A stretch of 64,000 nucleotides of DNA from a virus (Duplodnaviria; Caudoviricetes), in IMG/VR virus record IMGVR_UViG_3300034126_000020, positions 1 through 64,000 of that record; one strand, written 5' to 3'. The notes under the pieces were generated by a model. The model had not been told where the DNA came from and did not search any database. It saw only the letters and a program-made list of their open reading frames with translations. Of the stretch, positions 27,253 to 36,172 are shown piece by piece (position 1 is the first letter of the stretch; the number at the start of each line of letters is the position of its first letter). Made by a program: the position numbers and the translations under genes.

Positions 27253-30093
27253 TTGAGGAATATAGGAATGTACGCCAGCTTTTCGCGCATGTTGGGGATA
27301 ATCTCTGTCAAAGAGACTGACTCTCACATTATAGTGAACGGAATACCCGGTCTGCGCTTTTCAAAAGACATCTACAACTTTTGGAAAACCAGCAAGATCG
27401 CCAACAACATCTTTACTTCGGTGTCACGGTCCTCCGTTAAGTTTCCGAAGTTCTTCGCCATCGAAGTCCTGTACATCCTGGAGCAGTTACAGGATTCCCG
27501 ACGTACTTTCAGCGGACGACGGACATTGTCCAAGGTCGCCGAAGAGCTCGTCAAGTCCACATGGTTGCGCAACGTTGGCGTGACAGGCTTCAGCCCTCGC
27601 TTGAATTACAAGGCGTTGGATGACCTCAATGTCACATTATTTCAGCACCAACTTAATTTTTTACGGGAGTACGACCGGACTACGTTTGAATATGCCCTTA
27701 ACGGCATGCTCATGGACGTGGCAGCAGGTGGCGGTAAAACCATTACCAACTTTGCACTCGGTCATGTCCTCGGTGCGGATACGAAAGTGTTCATCGTACC
27801 GAAGAACTCTGTGTTCGACGTGTGGGTCAAGACGATCAAGATGCTCTTCAAGAAGGGCGTCCCGAACTATTGGCATAGTCTAAGTGGCGATGAGCCCAAG
27901 ATTGGTCAAGAGTACTACATCGTCCACTACGACTACATGGACAAGTTCCTCACTTTCGTGAAGCAGAACCGTGGCTCGTTCGGTAAGGTCTTTGTGGCCA
28001 TTGATGAATCGCACAACTTCAACGAACAGTCCGCTCGGACCCAGTTCTTGGTGGACATCTGCCATGGCCTTAAAGCACGCGATGTGGTGCACGCATCTGG
28101 TACGCCGTTCAAAGCAATGGGGTCTGAAGCGATCACCTTGCTCAAGACCGTGTGCTCGGACTTCACCGCTGAAGTAGAGAACTCCTTCCGTAAGCTGTTC
28201 GGTAAGGAAGCCAAGAAGGCGCTGGAGATCCTGGCCAACCGAATTGGTATCGTTTCCTTTAAGGTGCCCAAGCAGGACATCGAGACTCCGGGTGTGGATT
28301 ACCACGAAGTCAAGATCCCGCTCAAGAACGGTAACGACTACACCTTGGTGTCAGTGCGCGACAAGATGACTGGATTCATCGAGACCCGCCTGAAGTACTA
28401 CAAGGATGGCATGAAGGAGTACGAGGGTCTGTACGAACGCTGCCTGGCGATGCACGAGTCCAAACTCAAGTCGCCGTCTGAGCGTCAAGCGTTTACGCAG
28501 TACCAGACCTACGTCAAGACCATCCGTAAAGGCTACGACCCAGTCACCATGAAAGACATGGTGATGTACTGCAACCGGTACGAGCTGAAGAACATTGTTC
28601 CGTCACTGCCTGATACCTACCGTAAACCGTTCTTGAACGTGCGGGCGATCATCAAGTACGTGGAACTGAAGGTGATGGGTGAAGCGCTGTCCCAAGTACT
28701 GGGTCGGATGCGCATCCAGTGCCACCTCGACATGCTCCCTAACATGCCACTGGACACCATCATTGACAATGCCTTGTCGAAGACGGTGATCTTCACCAGT
28801 TACGTGGAAGTGGTCAAGGAATTGGAAGTCTTGCTCAAAGCCGCAGGGTACAAACCTCTGCTGGTGTACGGTGAGACCAACAAGGACCTGACGAATATCG
28901 TCAAGCAGTTCGAGAACGATCCTGATGCCAACCCATTGATCGCGACCTTCAAGTCGTTGTCGACGGCGGTGCCTCTGACCATGGCCAACACGGAGATCTT
29001 CACCAACTCCCCGTTCCGTGATTATGAGCGCACTCAGACCATCGCACGGGTAGACCGGATTGGTCAGAAGCATCGTTGCCATGTGCACGAGACCTTCCTC
29101 GATACCGGTCAAGAGCCGAACATCTCCACACGTTCCAAAGACATCATGCAGTGGTCCAAGCAGCAAGTCGAGGCGATCCTTGGCGTGCAGTCTCCGGACG
29201 ATCTGGAAGCGTCTCTGGAAGCGTTGGTTGAAGACCCACAAGCCAGTATCGACGACGGTGAGCAATTCATCGAGAAGCTGCGTGGGATGCTTCCTGTGGA
29301 CACCTTGCCTCAGGACGATGTTGCGTCCATGGAAGGGTTGTTCACCAGTGCCCCAACGGGCAACATCTATAAGCCGGCTGAACTCTTGAAGACGCTCAAG
29401 GAAACCTACCTGAACACTGGGTGGATGGCCAAGCGCAAATTCAAGGACGGCACGGTGCGGATGGAGAACGGTCATCTGGCCAACCTGAAGAACGCCGGGG
29501 AAACCAAACGGGTCCTCGACAAGTACGTCAGTGAGGCAAGAAACCGCAGCGCTACGTTGACCGGCATTGCCCGAGACTTCTTGGGTGGTGGGTGGAAAGA
29601 TGCTGGTAAGGTCGCCAAGTGGATGTCCCAGATCAAGAAGGACGACCGCTATGGCAAATACAGCAAGCAAGAGATTGACGTGATCGCCAAGTTTGGTGAA
29701 TTGCCCGGCATGACGAACTATCGTATCGGTGGTGTGGATACGGTGAACCGTCTGTCTGAGTCGTCTGATGTGACCGCACTGGCCAAACAGCTCGAAGCCC
29801 TTCTGGGTCACAGCGGGTCGTACATGTGGGGTCTGGTGGAAGAGAACTTCACTGAGAAGCGTCTCGGTGCTTTCCATGCTCAGTCCGATGATGACATCGA
29901 ATTGCAAGAAGACATCCGCACCAGTGGCCTGGCTCACGCTAAAGATGCACTGACGGTGTTCAAAGCCATTCGTAACACGGTCGAGAAGGTCGAGTCTGAT
30001 TTCCTCAACTCGCCTAAGGTACAAGTCTTCGAGCGTCACTTCGAAGCCACGTATCGTGCTTGCTGGGGTCTGTTGACCAAGTCCACCAAATAA
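27253..30093 (+). CDS. SF2 (SNF2/DEAD-like) helicase with a C-terminal head-protein-like extension
   Basis: DVAAGGGKT (motif I), IDESHNF (II), ASGTP (III) and QTIARVDRIGQ (VI); extra ~250 aa after ASLE/ASME. Confidence 0.88.
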   Translation: MRNIGMYASFSRMLGIISVKETDSHIIVNGIPGLRFSKDIYNFWKTSKIANNIFTSVSRSSVKFPKFFAIEVLYILEQLQDSRRTFSGRRTLSKVAEELVKSTWLRNVGVTGFSPRLNYKALDDLNVTLFQHQLNFLREYDRTTFEYALNGMLMDVAAGGGKTITNFALGHVLGADTKVFIVPKNSVFDVWVKTIKMLFKKGVPNYWHSLSGDEPKIGQEYYIVHYDYMDKFLTFVKQNRGSFGKVFVAIDESHNFNEQSARTQFLVDICHGLKARDVVHASGTPFKAMGSEAITLLKTVCSDFTAEVENSFRKLFGKEAKKALEILANRIGIVSFKVPKQDIETPGVDYHEVKIPLKNGNDYTLVSVRDKMTGFIETRLKYYKDGMKEYEGLYERCLAMHESKLKSPSERQAFTQYQTYVKTIRKGYDPVTMKDMVMYCNRYELKNIVPSLPDTYRKPFLNVRAIIKYVELKVMGEALSQVLGRMRIQCHLDMLPNMPLDTIIDNALSKTVIFTSYVEVVKELEVLLKAAGYKPLLVYGETNKDLTNIVKQFENDPDANPLIATFKSLSTAVPLTMANTEIFTNSPFRDYERTQTIARVDRIGQKHRCHVHETFLDTGQEPNISTRSKDIMQWSKQQVEAILGVQSPDDLEASLEALVEDPQASIDDGEQFIEKLRGMLPVDTLPQDDVASMEGLFTSAPTGNIYKPAELLKTLKETYLNTGWMAKRKFKDGTVRMENGHLANLKNAGETKRVLDKYVSEARNRSATLTGIARDFLGGGWKDAGKVAKWMSQIKKDDRYGKYSKQEIDVIAKFGELPGMTNYRIGGVDTVNRLSESSDVTALAKQLEALLGHSGSYMWGLVEENFTEKRLGAFHAQSDDDIELQEDIRTSGLAHAKDALTVFKAIRNTVEKVESDFLNSPKVQVFERHFEATYRACWGLLTKSTK

Positions 30094-30096
30094 CTA

Positions 30097-30124
30097 TCGG
30101 GGGCCTTCGGGTCCCCGCCTTTTA
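30097..30124 (+). terminator. Hairpin terminator
   Basis: GGGGGCC-TTCG-GGTCCCC followed by GCCTTTT. Confidence 0.7.
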
Positions 30125-30134
30125 AGGATCGACA

Positions 30135-31256
30135 ATGAAAAACGGTATTCTTGGTCAGTACATGATGTCTGACGCACGCGAAGCAGGTCGTAACCTGTTG
30201 GCCTCTCTGGAGTCCATTGAAGAGATGGAGATCGGCGAGGAGAAGAAAGCCGATGCGGTCGAGGAAGCCAGTTCTTTAGCATTGCGCGTTGGACGTGACT
30301 TCCCTGAAGACAGTGACATGCACCAGAGCATGTTCAAGGTTCTTGAGAACATGGGTGCAACTGAAGGCATCAATGTTTCCAATGAAGGACTGCTGTCTCT
30401 GGCATCTAAGCTGTCTGGGTTCTGGCGGAAACCGAAGCCTGACCCTACACAGATCTCCGATGAGGAGAAGACAGACTGGAGCAAACGCCAACAAGCGATC
30501 CTTCAGTTCATCAAAGACATGGAGAAGACTTACCTAAACTCTGTCTGGCTGGGTAAGCAGAAGTACGTTGAAGGTACGGTGCCTGCCAAAGACTTCTCGG
30601 GTGCGTTCCAACTCGACGGGAAACCTGTCACGGACCCACTGGCAAACATCGAACAGCACAAGAAGAACACGGGGGCGTTTGTCAAAGCATGGCATGGCGT
30701 ATTGGACAACTTGAACACTCAGGTGCAAGCGATCCATCAACGTACCGTGAAGGCCACTGCTGGTGCGGCAGAGGATGATGAAGCAGCAATCGAGATCGTT
30801 CGGAAAGCGGTTGATGAACTCAATGCGCTGCCGGACCCCACTGCCAAGTTCCCTTCGTTCTCCGGCACTGCGCTGTCCAACATGATCCCTGTCGTCAAGA
30901 CTCGCCTGAATGTGCCTTGGGTGAAGGTCGAAGCGAAGATGCCGATGACCCCAAGTGACACCCTGCCTGCGCTGGATAAAGACGGCGTGCTCAAGGTGGC
31001 TAAGTTGGTCGCTGAGATGATGAAGAACCCGAACTTCTGGCCATACATGGAATGGATCAAGTGGCTGGACTTCAAGGACGGTAGCAAGTTCAGCGATTGG
31101 ATCTACGACGCCGACAACAGCGTCTACATGGATTACTACCACCGCTTCTATTGGCAAGGTGCTAACGATGCGTGGTCGGATGACATCTTCGCATTGAACA
31201 GTCACTACCGTGTCATCATCGGCTTGATCAAGTGGATGGACCGCTCGATCAAGTAA
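30135..31256 (+). CDS. Internal head protein with S-x-E sites
   Basis: ASLE and VSNE|GLL propeptide-type sites; KTYLNSVWLGKQKYVEGTV resembles the helicase C-terminal extension. Confidence 0.7.
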   Translation: MKNGILGQYMMSDAREAGRNLLASLESIEEMEIGEEKKADAVEEASSLALRVGRDFPEDSDMHQSMFKVLENMGATEGINVSNEGLLSLASKLSGFWRKPKPDPTQISDEEKTDWSKRQQAILQFIKDMEKTYLNSVWLGKQKYVEGTVPAKDFSGAFQLDGKPVTDPLANIEQHKKNTGAFVKAWHGVLDNLNTQVQAIHQRTVKATAGAAEDDEAAIEIVRKAVDELNALPDPTAKFPSFSGTALSNMIPVVKTRLNVPWVKVEAKMPMTPSDTLPALDKDGVLKVAKLVAEMMKNPNFWPYMEWIKWLDFKDGSKFSDWIYDADNSVYMDYYHRFYWQGANDAWSDDIFALNSHYRVIIGLIKWMDRSIK

Positions 31257-31277
31257 ACAAAGAAAAAAGAAAGCACT

Positions 31278-31311
31278 GGAGAGCAGCCCTAGGGCTGCTC
31301 TCCTTATGCCG
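31278..31311. terminator. Bidirectional hairpin terminator + TATGCCG
   Basis: GGAGAGCAGCCC-TA-GGGCTGCTCTCC then TTATGCCG, between convergent genes. Confidence 0.85.
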
Positions 31312-31617
31312 TTAGTGCAGTATTGGAATGCCTTCACATTGCAGGTTGTCGAGGGTACGTTTTACCCAGTCTTCACTGGGTGGTCGTTTCTGATTGCGGA
31401 TGGCTACTTCTTCACGTTTGTCGGGGGTGACGAACAACAGGGACAGCGGGTAGTAACCGCACTGGCCTGTGAACGGGTTGCCATGACGGACCAACAGGCC
31501 CTTCGTGGTATCGGTCCACTTCAGTTCCTCAAGAGGAACGGAGATGTAGCTGATCCCCGTTTCGCCCTCGAGCTTCCGGAAGATCAGGCCGTTTTCTTCG
31601 TGATAAACTTGTGTCAT
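31312..31617 (-). CDS. Hypothetical protein
   Basis: Start MTQVYH at 31617 in an ATGA overlap with the upstream stop. Confidence 0.6.
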   Translation of the reverse strand: MTQVYHEENGLIFRKLEGETGISYISVPLEELKWTDTTKGLLVRHGNPFTGQCGYYPLSLLFVTPDKREEVAIRNQKRPPSEDWVKRTLDNLQCEGIPILH

Positions 31618-32267
31618 TTGGGATCTCCCAGGCTGTTGATGACTTCTTGATTCTTCTCGAGCCATTCGATTTCGGTGATAGCGTCGTTAAAGCTGACAGC
31701 CACGTCGACATCGTTGAACAGACGAGACATTGGTTGGTACACGTAACGACCGTTCACAACGAAGCGGACCATGTACGTATCAGGGATGAACACCCCAGTG
31801 CCTTTCTTAACGAATCGCTCGTTAAGGATGGACAGGGTGAGTTCGGTGACCGCAGCGTAAGTATCGCCACCACGGGTGAAGACAACGCCAGTGGTTTCGT
31901 GCTTCAGGGCACGGCCGCCGAGTACAGCCTCGTTGTAGTACACGCCGTTAGGCGCGTTAACGAGTACTTCGATGCGATGGATCTTCTTGCCCAGTTTGAT
32001 CTTGGTCACACCGTAGTGCAACTGCATGATCACACCGAAGATGCGTGGCAGGTGGTCGTGAAGCTCGTACGGCATTTGAGCGGTGATGTTCATACGACCA
32101 TCCTCGTTCTCTTCGTACTTGACCACCAGCATATCGTCGATACGCTCGTAGCCGACTTCTTCACACTCACTTGGGAGACGAGTGATGAACAGGTCTTTAA
32201 ACGGCTCACGGGTGTTAGCCTGAGCTTCTGCAACTTCGCGGGAATCAACGATGATAGTGTAAGTCAT
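31614..32267 (-). CDS. Hypothetical protein
   Basis: 217-aa ORF with AAGGAG SD. Confidence 0.7.
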   Translation of the reverse strand: MTYTIIVDSREVAEAQANTREPFKDLFITRLPSECEEVGYERIDDMLVVKYEENEDGRMNITAQMPYELHDHLPRIFGVIMQLHYGVTKIKLGKKIHRIEVLVNAPNGVYYNEAVLGGRALKHETTGVVFTRGGDTYAAVTELTLSILNERFVKKGTGVFIPDTYMVRFVVNGRYVYQPMSRLFNDVDVAVSFNDAITEIEWLEKNQEVINSLGDPK

Positions 32268-32299
32268 GACATGCTCCTTAGCATGGGGTAGGGGTAGGG

Positions 32300-32662
32300 T
32301 TAGTGCAAGTGTTGCTTTGTATCAGATACTTCCGCCCAATCAACCGACAGGATGATCTTGGCGCTTTCGATGACCACTTTGGCTCGGTACTCAGGTTGCA
32401 GTTCCTGCCGCATGGAGAAGATCGGTATCCCTTGCAACGTATCCGCTAAGGTACGCATGCTTTCAAAGGGGAAGTTGATCTGTTCTGTGTGGAGAACGCT
32501 GCCGTCGAAACCAAGGACGTTAATCGTGGTGAGGTAGCCTTGAATGATTTCAATGGCCACCGCGTAGGTGTGAGCGGAAACGAACCCGCTCAAAAGTGTA
32601 GAGTGTCCTGTCCAGATCCGAAGAGCTGGAGCAAAGATCGCGACAACAGCGTCGAGGTACAT
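32300..32662 (-). CDS. Hypothetical protein
   Basis: Likely start MYLDAV at 32662 with AAGGAG SD. Confidence 0.6.
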   Translation of the reverse strand: MYLDAVVAIFAPALRIWTGHSTLLSGFVSAHTYAVAIEIIQGYLTTINVLGFDGSVLHTEQINFPFESMRTLADTLQGIPIFSMRQELQPEYRAKVVIESAKIILSVDWAEVSDTKQHLH

Positions 32663-32672
32663 GGGGCTCTCC

Positions 32673-32837
32673 TTAGCGAGAGGGCTTGTTATAGCCAGGG
32701 ACATCCTTGATCAGGTGGCCCACGGTGGCACGGACTTGTGCCATCTTCTTTTCTTCTTTACGTTTGAGGTAATACGACATCCCCAAATAGCCGACAAGAA
32801 GACCACCGACAGCGCAAGCACCGTAAGTCTTAGACAT
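32673..32837 (-). CDS. Small membrane-anchored protein
   Basis: MSKTYGACAVGGLLVGYLGMSYYL...; AAGGAG SD. Confidence 0.6.
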   Translation of the reverse strand: MSKTYGACAVGGLLVGYLGMSYYLKRKEEKKMAQVRATVGHLIKDVPGYNKPSR

Positions 32838-32854
32838 GATGAAGCTCCTTACTA

Positions 32855-32960
32855 GGTTAGGTTGAGTACTGTATTCCTTACTCACCGCTATCATGTATTG
32901 TTGAAAAGAATTCGAATCGAATCGGCATAAAGGCCAGGAGCACTCGCTCCTGGCCTATGC
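32855..32960 (-). promoter_or_regulatory. Terminator-promoter cassette (copy 1)
   Basis: Hairpin + TTATGCCG followed by CAATACATGAT; near-duplicate at 37186-37278. Confidence 0.6.
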
Positions 32961-33209
32961 TTACTTGGGGGCTGCTTTGTTAGCGGCATTGATCAACCGA
33001 ATGTCAGCGTTGCAGTCAGTGAGCGACTGGGTCTGACGGATGTAGGCAGAGGTCATCTGCACCAACTTCTCATCCGGGGTGGCGTTGGTGTACCGTTCAC
33101 CTTTCGGTGGGGACGCAGAACTGCATTCAGGCACTGCTTGGTACTGACGAGTGTCACACCCTGCCAACAGCAGGAGAGCACCCACGAGGATCACTTGAAG
33201 GGCGCGCAT
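32961..33209 (-). CDS. Outer-membrane spanin (o-spanin, Rz1-like lipoprotein)
   Basis: Lipobox LLLAGC, 82 aa, two more Cys; overlaps the 3' end of the upstream TM coiled-coil gene. Confidence 0.75.
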   Translation of the reverse strand: MRALQVILVGALLLLAGCDTRQYQAVPECSSASPPKGERYTNATPDEKLVQMTSAYIRQTQSLTDCNADIRLINAANKAAPK

Positions 33210-33694
33210 GTCTCGTCCTCATTCTTGATGGAGATGCAATAGGCCTTCCATGCGTTGTTGAGTGACTGCAAGGCAATCTCCTCATTCACAGGGCGCAGTT
33301 CAGACACCTTAGGGTCAAAGGTCTCGGCCTTAGTGATGTCAGTGGTCGGGCAGTTGGATACACGGTCCCGATACTTGACCACTTCCACAATCTGAGGGGT
33401 CGACGCTGAAGGCGGGGCGAGTGGGGTGTTGTTACGGGCAGCACACACCAGATCGACTTGAGCATCCTCCAGTTCATCGAACCACATCTTGTTCTGTTTC
33501 TTGTTCGAGGTGTAAGTCTCGATCTCGGTACGGAGCGAAGCAATGGTGCCATCGCGATCACTGATAGCCGTCTTCTGATCTGCCACCTGAGTGTTCATGT
33601 CCAACGACCAATTGACCCAGTAGGCCAAGGCACCTAGGACGATTGCAATTGCCACAATCCACTTGAGATTGATGAGCGATAATAGCTTACTCAT
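33191..33694 (-). CDS. Inner-membrane spanin (i-spanin, Rz-like)
   Basis: N-terminal TM helix, coiled coil and periplasmic Cys; overlapping lipoprotein gene downstream. Confidence 0.75.
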   Translation of the reverse strand: MSKLLSLINLKWIVAIAIVLGALAYWVNWSLDMNTQVADQKTAISDRDGTIASLRTEIETYTSNKKQNKMWFDELEDAQVDLVCAARNNTPLAPPSASTPQIVEVVKYRDRVSNCPTTDITKAETFDPKVSELRPVNEEIALQSLNNAWKAYCISIKNEDETCAPFK

Positions 33695-33706
33695 GAGAAC
33701 TCCTCA

Positions 33707-33735
33707 TAAAGGGGAGAGCCGAAGCCCTCCCCTAG
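33707..33735 (-). terminator. Hairpin terminator
   Basis: AGGGGAGGGC-TTCG-GCTCTCCCCT followed by TTATGAG on the minus strand. Confidence 0.75.
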
Positions 33736-33741
33736 ATTCAC

Positions 33742-34113
33742 TTACTCGGCGCAGGTGTCGAGGAAGTTGATGACCAGTGCGGCCACCAATGCAGCAGGGG
33801 TAACGCCCATGCGGGCAGCTTCTTTGATCAGGACTTCTTTCTGCGCTTTGGTGATCTTGCCACCCAGCGATTCAGAACGAGTCAAGCCGCCTTTGGCGAA
33901 GCCTTCGAAGATCTTGGCCAGACGAGCTGGGATCTTGTAGACCTTCTTGGCGGGGATTGCGGTCTTCTTGATACCGTCAGCAGGCGCTACCTTGGCTTTC
34001 GGTTTAGCCTGAGCGGCAGGAGGAACGCTGATCGAAGCAACGCGCGCCTTCTTGGCAGCAGGTTTGGCGGCTGGTTTCTTCTTTGCTGGTTTGGTTTCGT
34101 CGATAACGGCCAT
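33742..34113 (-). CDS. Lys/Ala/Pro-rich (histone H1/AlgP-like) DNA-binding protein with a possible C-terminal RHH
   Basis: KPAKKKPAAKPAAKKA repeats; C-terminal ITKAQKEVLIKEAARMGVTPAALVAALV. Confidence 0.6.
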   Translation of the reverse strand: MAVIDETKPAKKKPAAKPAAKKARVASISVPPAAQAKPKAKVAPADGIKKTAIPAKKVYKIPARLAKIFEGFAKGGLTRSESLGGKITKAQKEVLIKEAARMGVTPAALVAALVINFLDTCAE

Positions 34114-34147
34114 GGTGATTCCCTAGATAGTTGGCAGAGGACTTTAA

Positions 34148-34726
34148 TCAGTCCTTCATACTATCCTCGTCATGGCCTTCTCGCAGGGTAAACAGGCTGA
34201 TGGTTCTACGTCCATCCGCGTGGATCACAGGCTCGACGCCAGCCTGACCCATCCGGTCAATCACATCGAACATGATGTTGCTCATCTCCATCTGTACCGC
34301 AGGACGGTCCGACAGTTTATTGAACAGGTGATCGCCGAACTGGAAGTAGAGTCGCTTAGCCTTGATGCCTTGCTCGTGAATGAACACGAACTTCTCCCGT
34401 TGAGGAGTGGGGCTGTACGTCCCCAGGATCATGATCTTTTCACTCCAGTCACACAGATCCCGTGCGATGTCTGTGTAGAACTGAAGCCCTAGATCCTTCT
34501 CGATGTACATGGCACGCACCATGTCGTACATGGAGTCACGTAACATGGCTCTGGCGTATTCAACACCGAGGCCCACACTGAGCCCGTAGAAGATGTAATA
34601 GGTGTGCTTGTCCAACAAGGTCGCGTGAATGCTGTCGCGCAGTACCTTACGATACTTCTTCTTTCTCCGCGGCAACAAGCAAAGGTCCAAGAGCATCCGC
34701 AGACGTTTCATAAGCGTACGTGCCAT
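34148..34726 (-). CDS. Hypothetical protein
   Basis: 192-aa ORF; start uncertain because of an 80-nt overlap with the upstream ORF. Confidence 0.55.
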   Translation of the reverse strand: MARTLMKRLRMLLDLCLLPRRKKKYRKVLRDSIHATLLDKHTYYIFYGLSVGLGVEYARAMLRDSMYDMVRAMYIEKDLGLQFYTDIARDLCDWSEKIMILGTYSPTPQREKFVFIHEQGIKAKRLYFQFGDHLFNKLSDRPAVQMEMSNIMFDVIDRMGQAGVEPVIHADGRRTISLFTLREGHDEDSMKD

Positions 34727-35147
34727 CCTTAAAACTCTCCAAACGCTGTTTGAGATCCATGTCCATCACTTCCGACACTGCTTTAGGTAGGCGCCAGATG
34801 CTGACCATGACATTGTTCTTGTGTACTACTGCTCGGCAATTAACCAACTTGCCTTTTCGCCATTCGGGCTTGAAGAATTCTGTTGAAGCGAGGTAAGCGG
34901 CTTCGGTGAATGCGTAGCCAGTCGTGCCCTCACAGACGATGTGCCAGAAGTCGTACTTGTCATCGTCTTTAAACGTCACGTCCCACGTCGAGGCGTGCAA
35001 GGACAGTGTACCGCTGTAGACCCCGAATTGATCACGCGCATCAAGGTCAAAGAAATCTCCACGAACAGCCTCGCTATCGTATAGGTAGTCATCCAACTCC
35101 CGAGAGTCAGGATGCAAGCCTTCACGGAATACCAACAACTTTTTCAT
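34647..35147 (-). CDS. Hypothetical protein
   Basis: 166-aa ORF with ATG start. Confidence 0.6.
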   Translation of the reverse strand: MKKLLVFREGLHPDSRELDDYLYDSEAVRGDFFDLDARDQFGVYSGTLSLHASTWDVTFKDDDKYDFWHIVCEGTTGYAFTEAAYLASTEFFKPEWRKGKLVNCRAVVHKNNVMVSIWRLPKAVSEVMDMDLKQRLESFKDGTYAYETSADALGPLLVAAEKEEVS

Positions 35148-35210
35148 GGTGTAAGGCCTTAGCTAGTTCTACACCATCTCATCACTTTTTCTTTATTAAC
35201 GGTGAACCTC

Positions 35211-35678
35211 ATGTCCCACCTGTACCATGGATCTGGCTACAAGCACCCGGAGCTTAAACCCGGCATCATGCACTCTGGTGAATTGCAGCAGTGGGACAAG
35301 ACCGAATCCAACGAGTACCTCTACGCCACCACGTTGATGGAAGAAGCCATTGCTCAGGGGCTGGCTTCAGTCATTGAGAAGCACTGGAACCTTGCTCGGT
35401 ACCAGTCGGCTGGCGATAGCATCACAGTCATCGTAGACGGGCCTCTGCCTACCCTCAGAGAGCTTCAAGCCCTCACGGTGTATCTGTATCGCATTCACTG
35501 GGACAAAGCCACCTGGGTCCTTGTAGACAACCTGCACAACGGGATGTCCAACGAGTACAAGACCAAGCAAGTCATCGGCCCCAAGATGATCGAAAGCTGT
35601 GAAGCAGTGAACTTGAGTGACTGGCTCAAAGGCAAGAAGATCGAGATCAAAGCCAAGTCAGCGTCGATGCGTTGGTAA
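35211..35678 (+). CDS. Hypothetical protein with an ADP-ribosyltransferase-like HGS...YxT signature
   Basis: LYHGS..ELKPG..YLYATT..VYLYRI; lone + gene within a minus-strand run. Confidence 0.55.
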   Translation: MSHLYHGSGYKHPELKPGIMHSGELQQWDKTESNEYLYATTLMEEAIAQGLASVIEKHWNLARYQSAGDSITVIVDGPLPTLRELQALTVYLYRIHWDKATWVLVDNLHNGMSNEYKTKQVIGPKMIESCEAVNLSDWLKGKKIEIKAKSASMRW

Positions 35679-35700
35679 CAAAGAAAAAAAGGATGGTAAA

Positions 35701-35733
35701 GACTGGGGACCCGAAGGTCCCCAGTCTATTCCG
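35701..35733. terminator. Bidirectional hairpin terminator
   Basis: GACTGGGGACC-CGAA-GGTCCCCAGTC followed by TATTCCG; A-tract upstream. Confidence 0.85.
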
Positions 35734-36102
35734 TTACGACATCAGCCAGATCGGCTTGATGTCTTTGAGTGGATATGCATCACCGTCAACAACGATCATG
35801 ACAGTGTCCGTTGAATCGCCCGAGTAGGTGACACCTTGGATAGACCCCATCCCAGCGGGAGTCTTGACCAACATGCCAACCGACGGGTTCCACATGACGC
35901 CTTCGCCATCGAACTCCACTGTGCCACCTTCAGCGTCCGGACTGGCCAGACTCTTCTCTAAGCGAGCGATGATCTCGCTGTTCATTGAGCGGTGGCTGCC
36001 ACGGGCCACTTCTGCGATACGTTCACGCATGCCATCAGGCAGACGGACAACGAACTTATCGGCAGTACGGCTGGAGTAGATTGCTTGTTTCAAAGGACGC
36101 AT
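35734..36102 (-). CDS. amrZ: AmrZ/AlgZ-like Arc-family ribbon-helix-helix regulator with a non-host C-terminal domain
   Basis: [52 protein letters not shown] matches my recollection of Pseudomonas AmrZ residues ~1-52 almost exactly. Confidence 0.88.
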   Translation of the reverse strand: MRPLKQAIYSSRTADKFVVRLPDGMRERIAEVARGSHRSMNSEIIARLEKSLASPDAEGGTVEFDGEGVMWNPSVGMLVKTPAGMGSIQGVTYSGDSTDTVMIVVDGDAYPLKDIKPIWLMS

Positions 36103-36172
36103 GGTAAAGCCTCTTGCAAGTGGGACCCTAGAGTCCCGGGTTATGGTGGTGAAGTGCCATTATGGCGATGTA

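Noticed and set aside
32909-32922. TTCGAATC resembling a tRNA T-loop
   Set aside because: No cloverleaf around it; it is part of the duplicated promoter cassette. No tRNA was recognised anywhere in the window.
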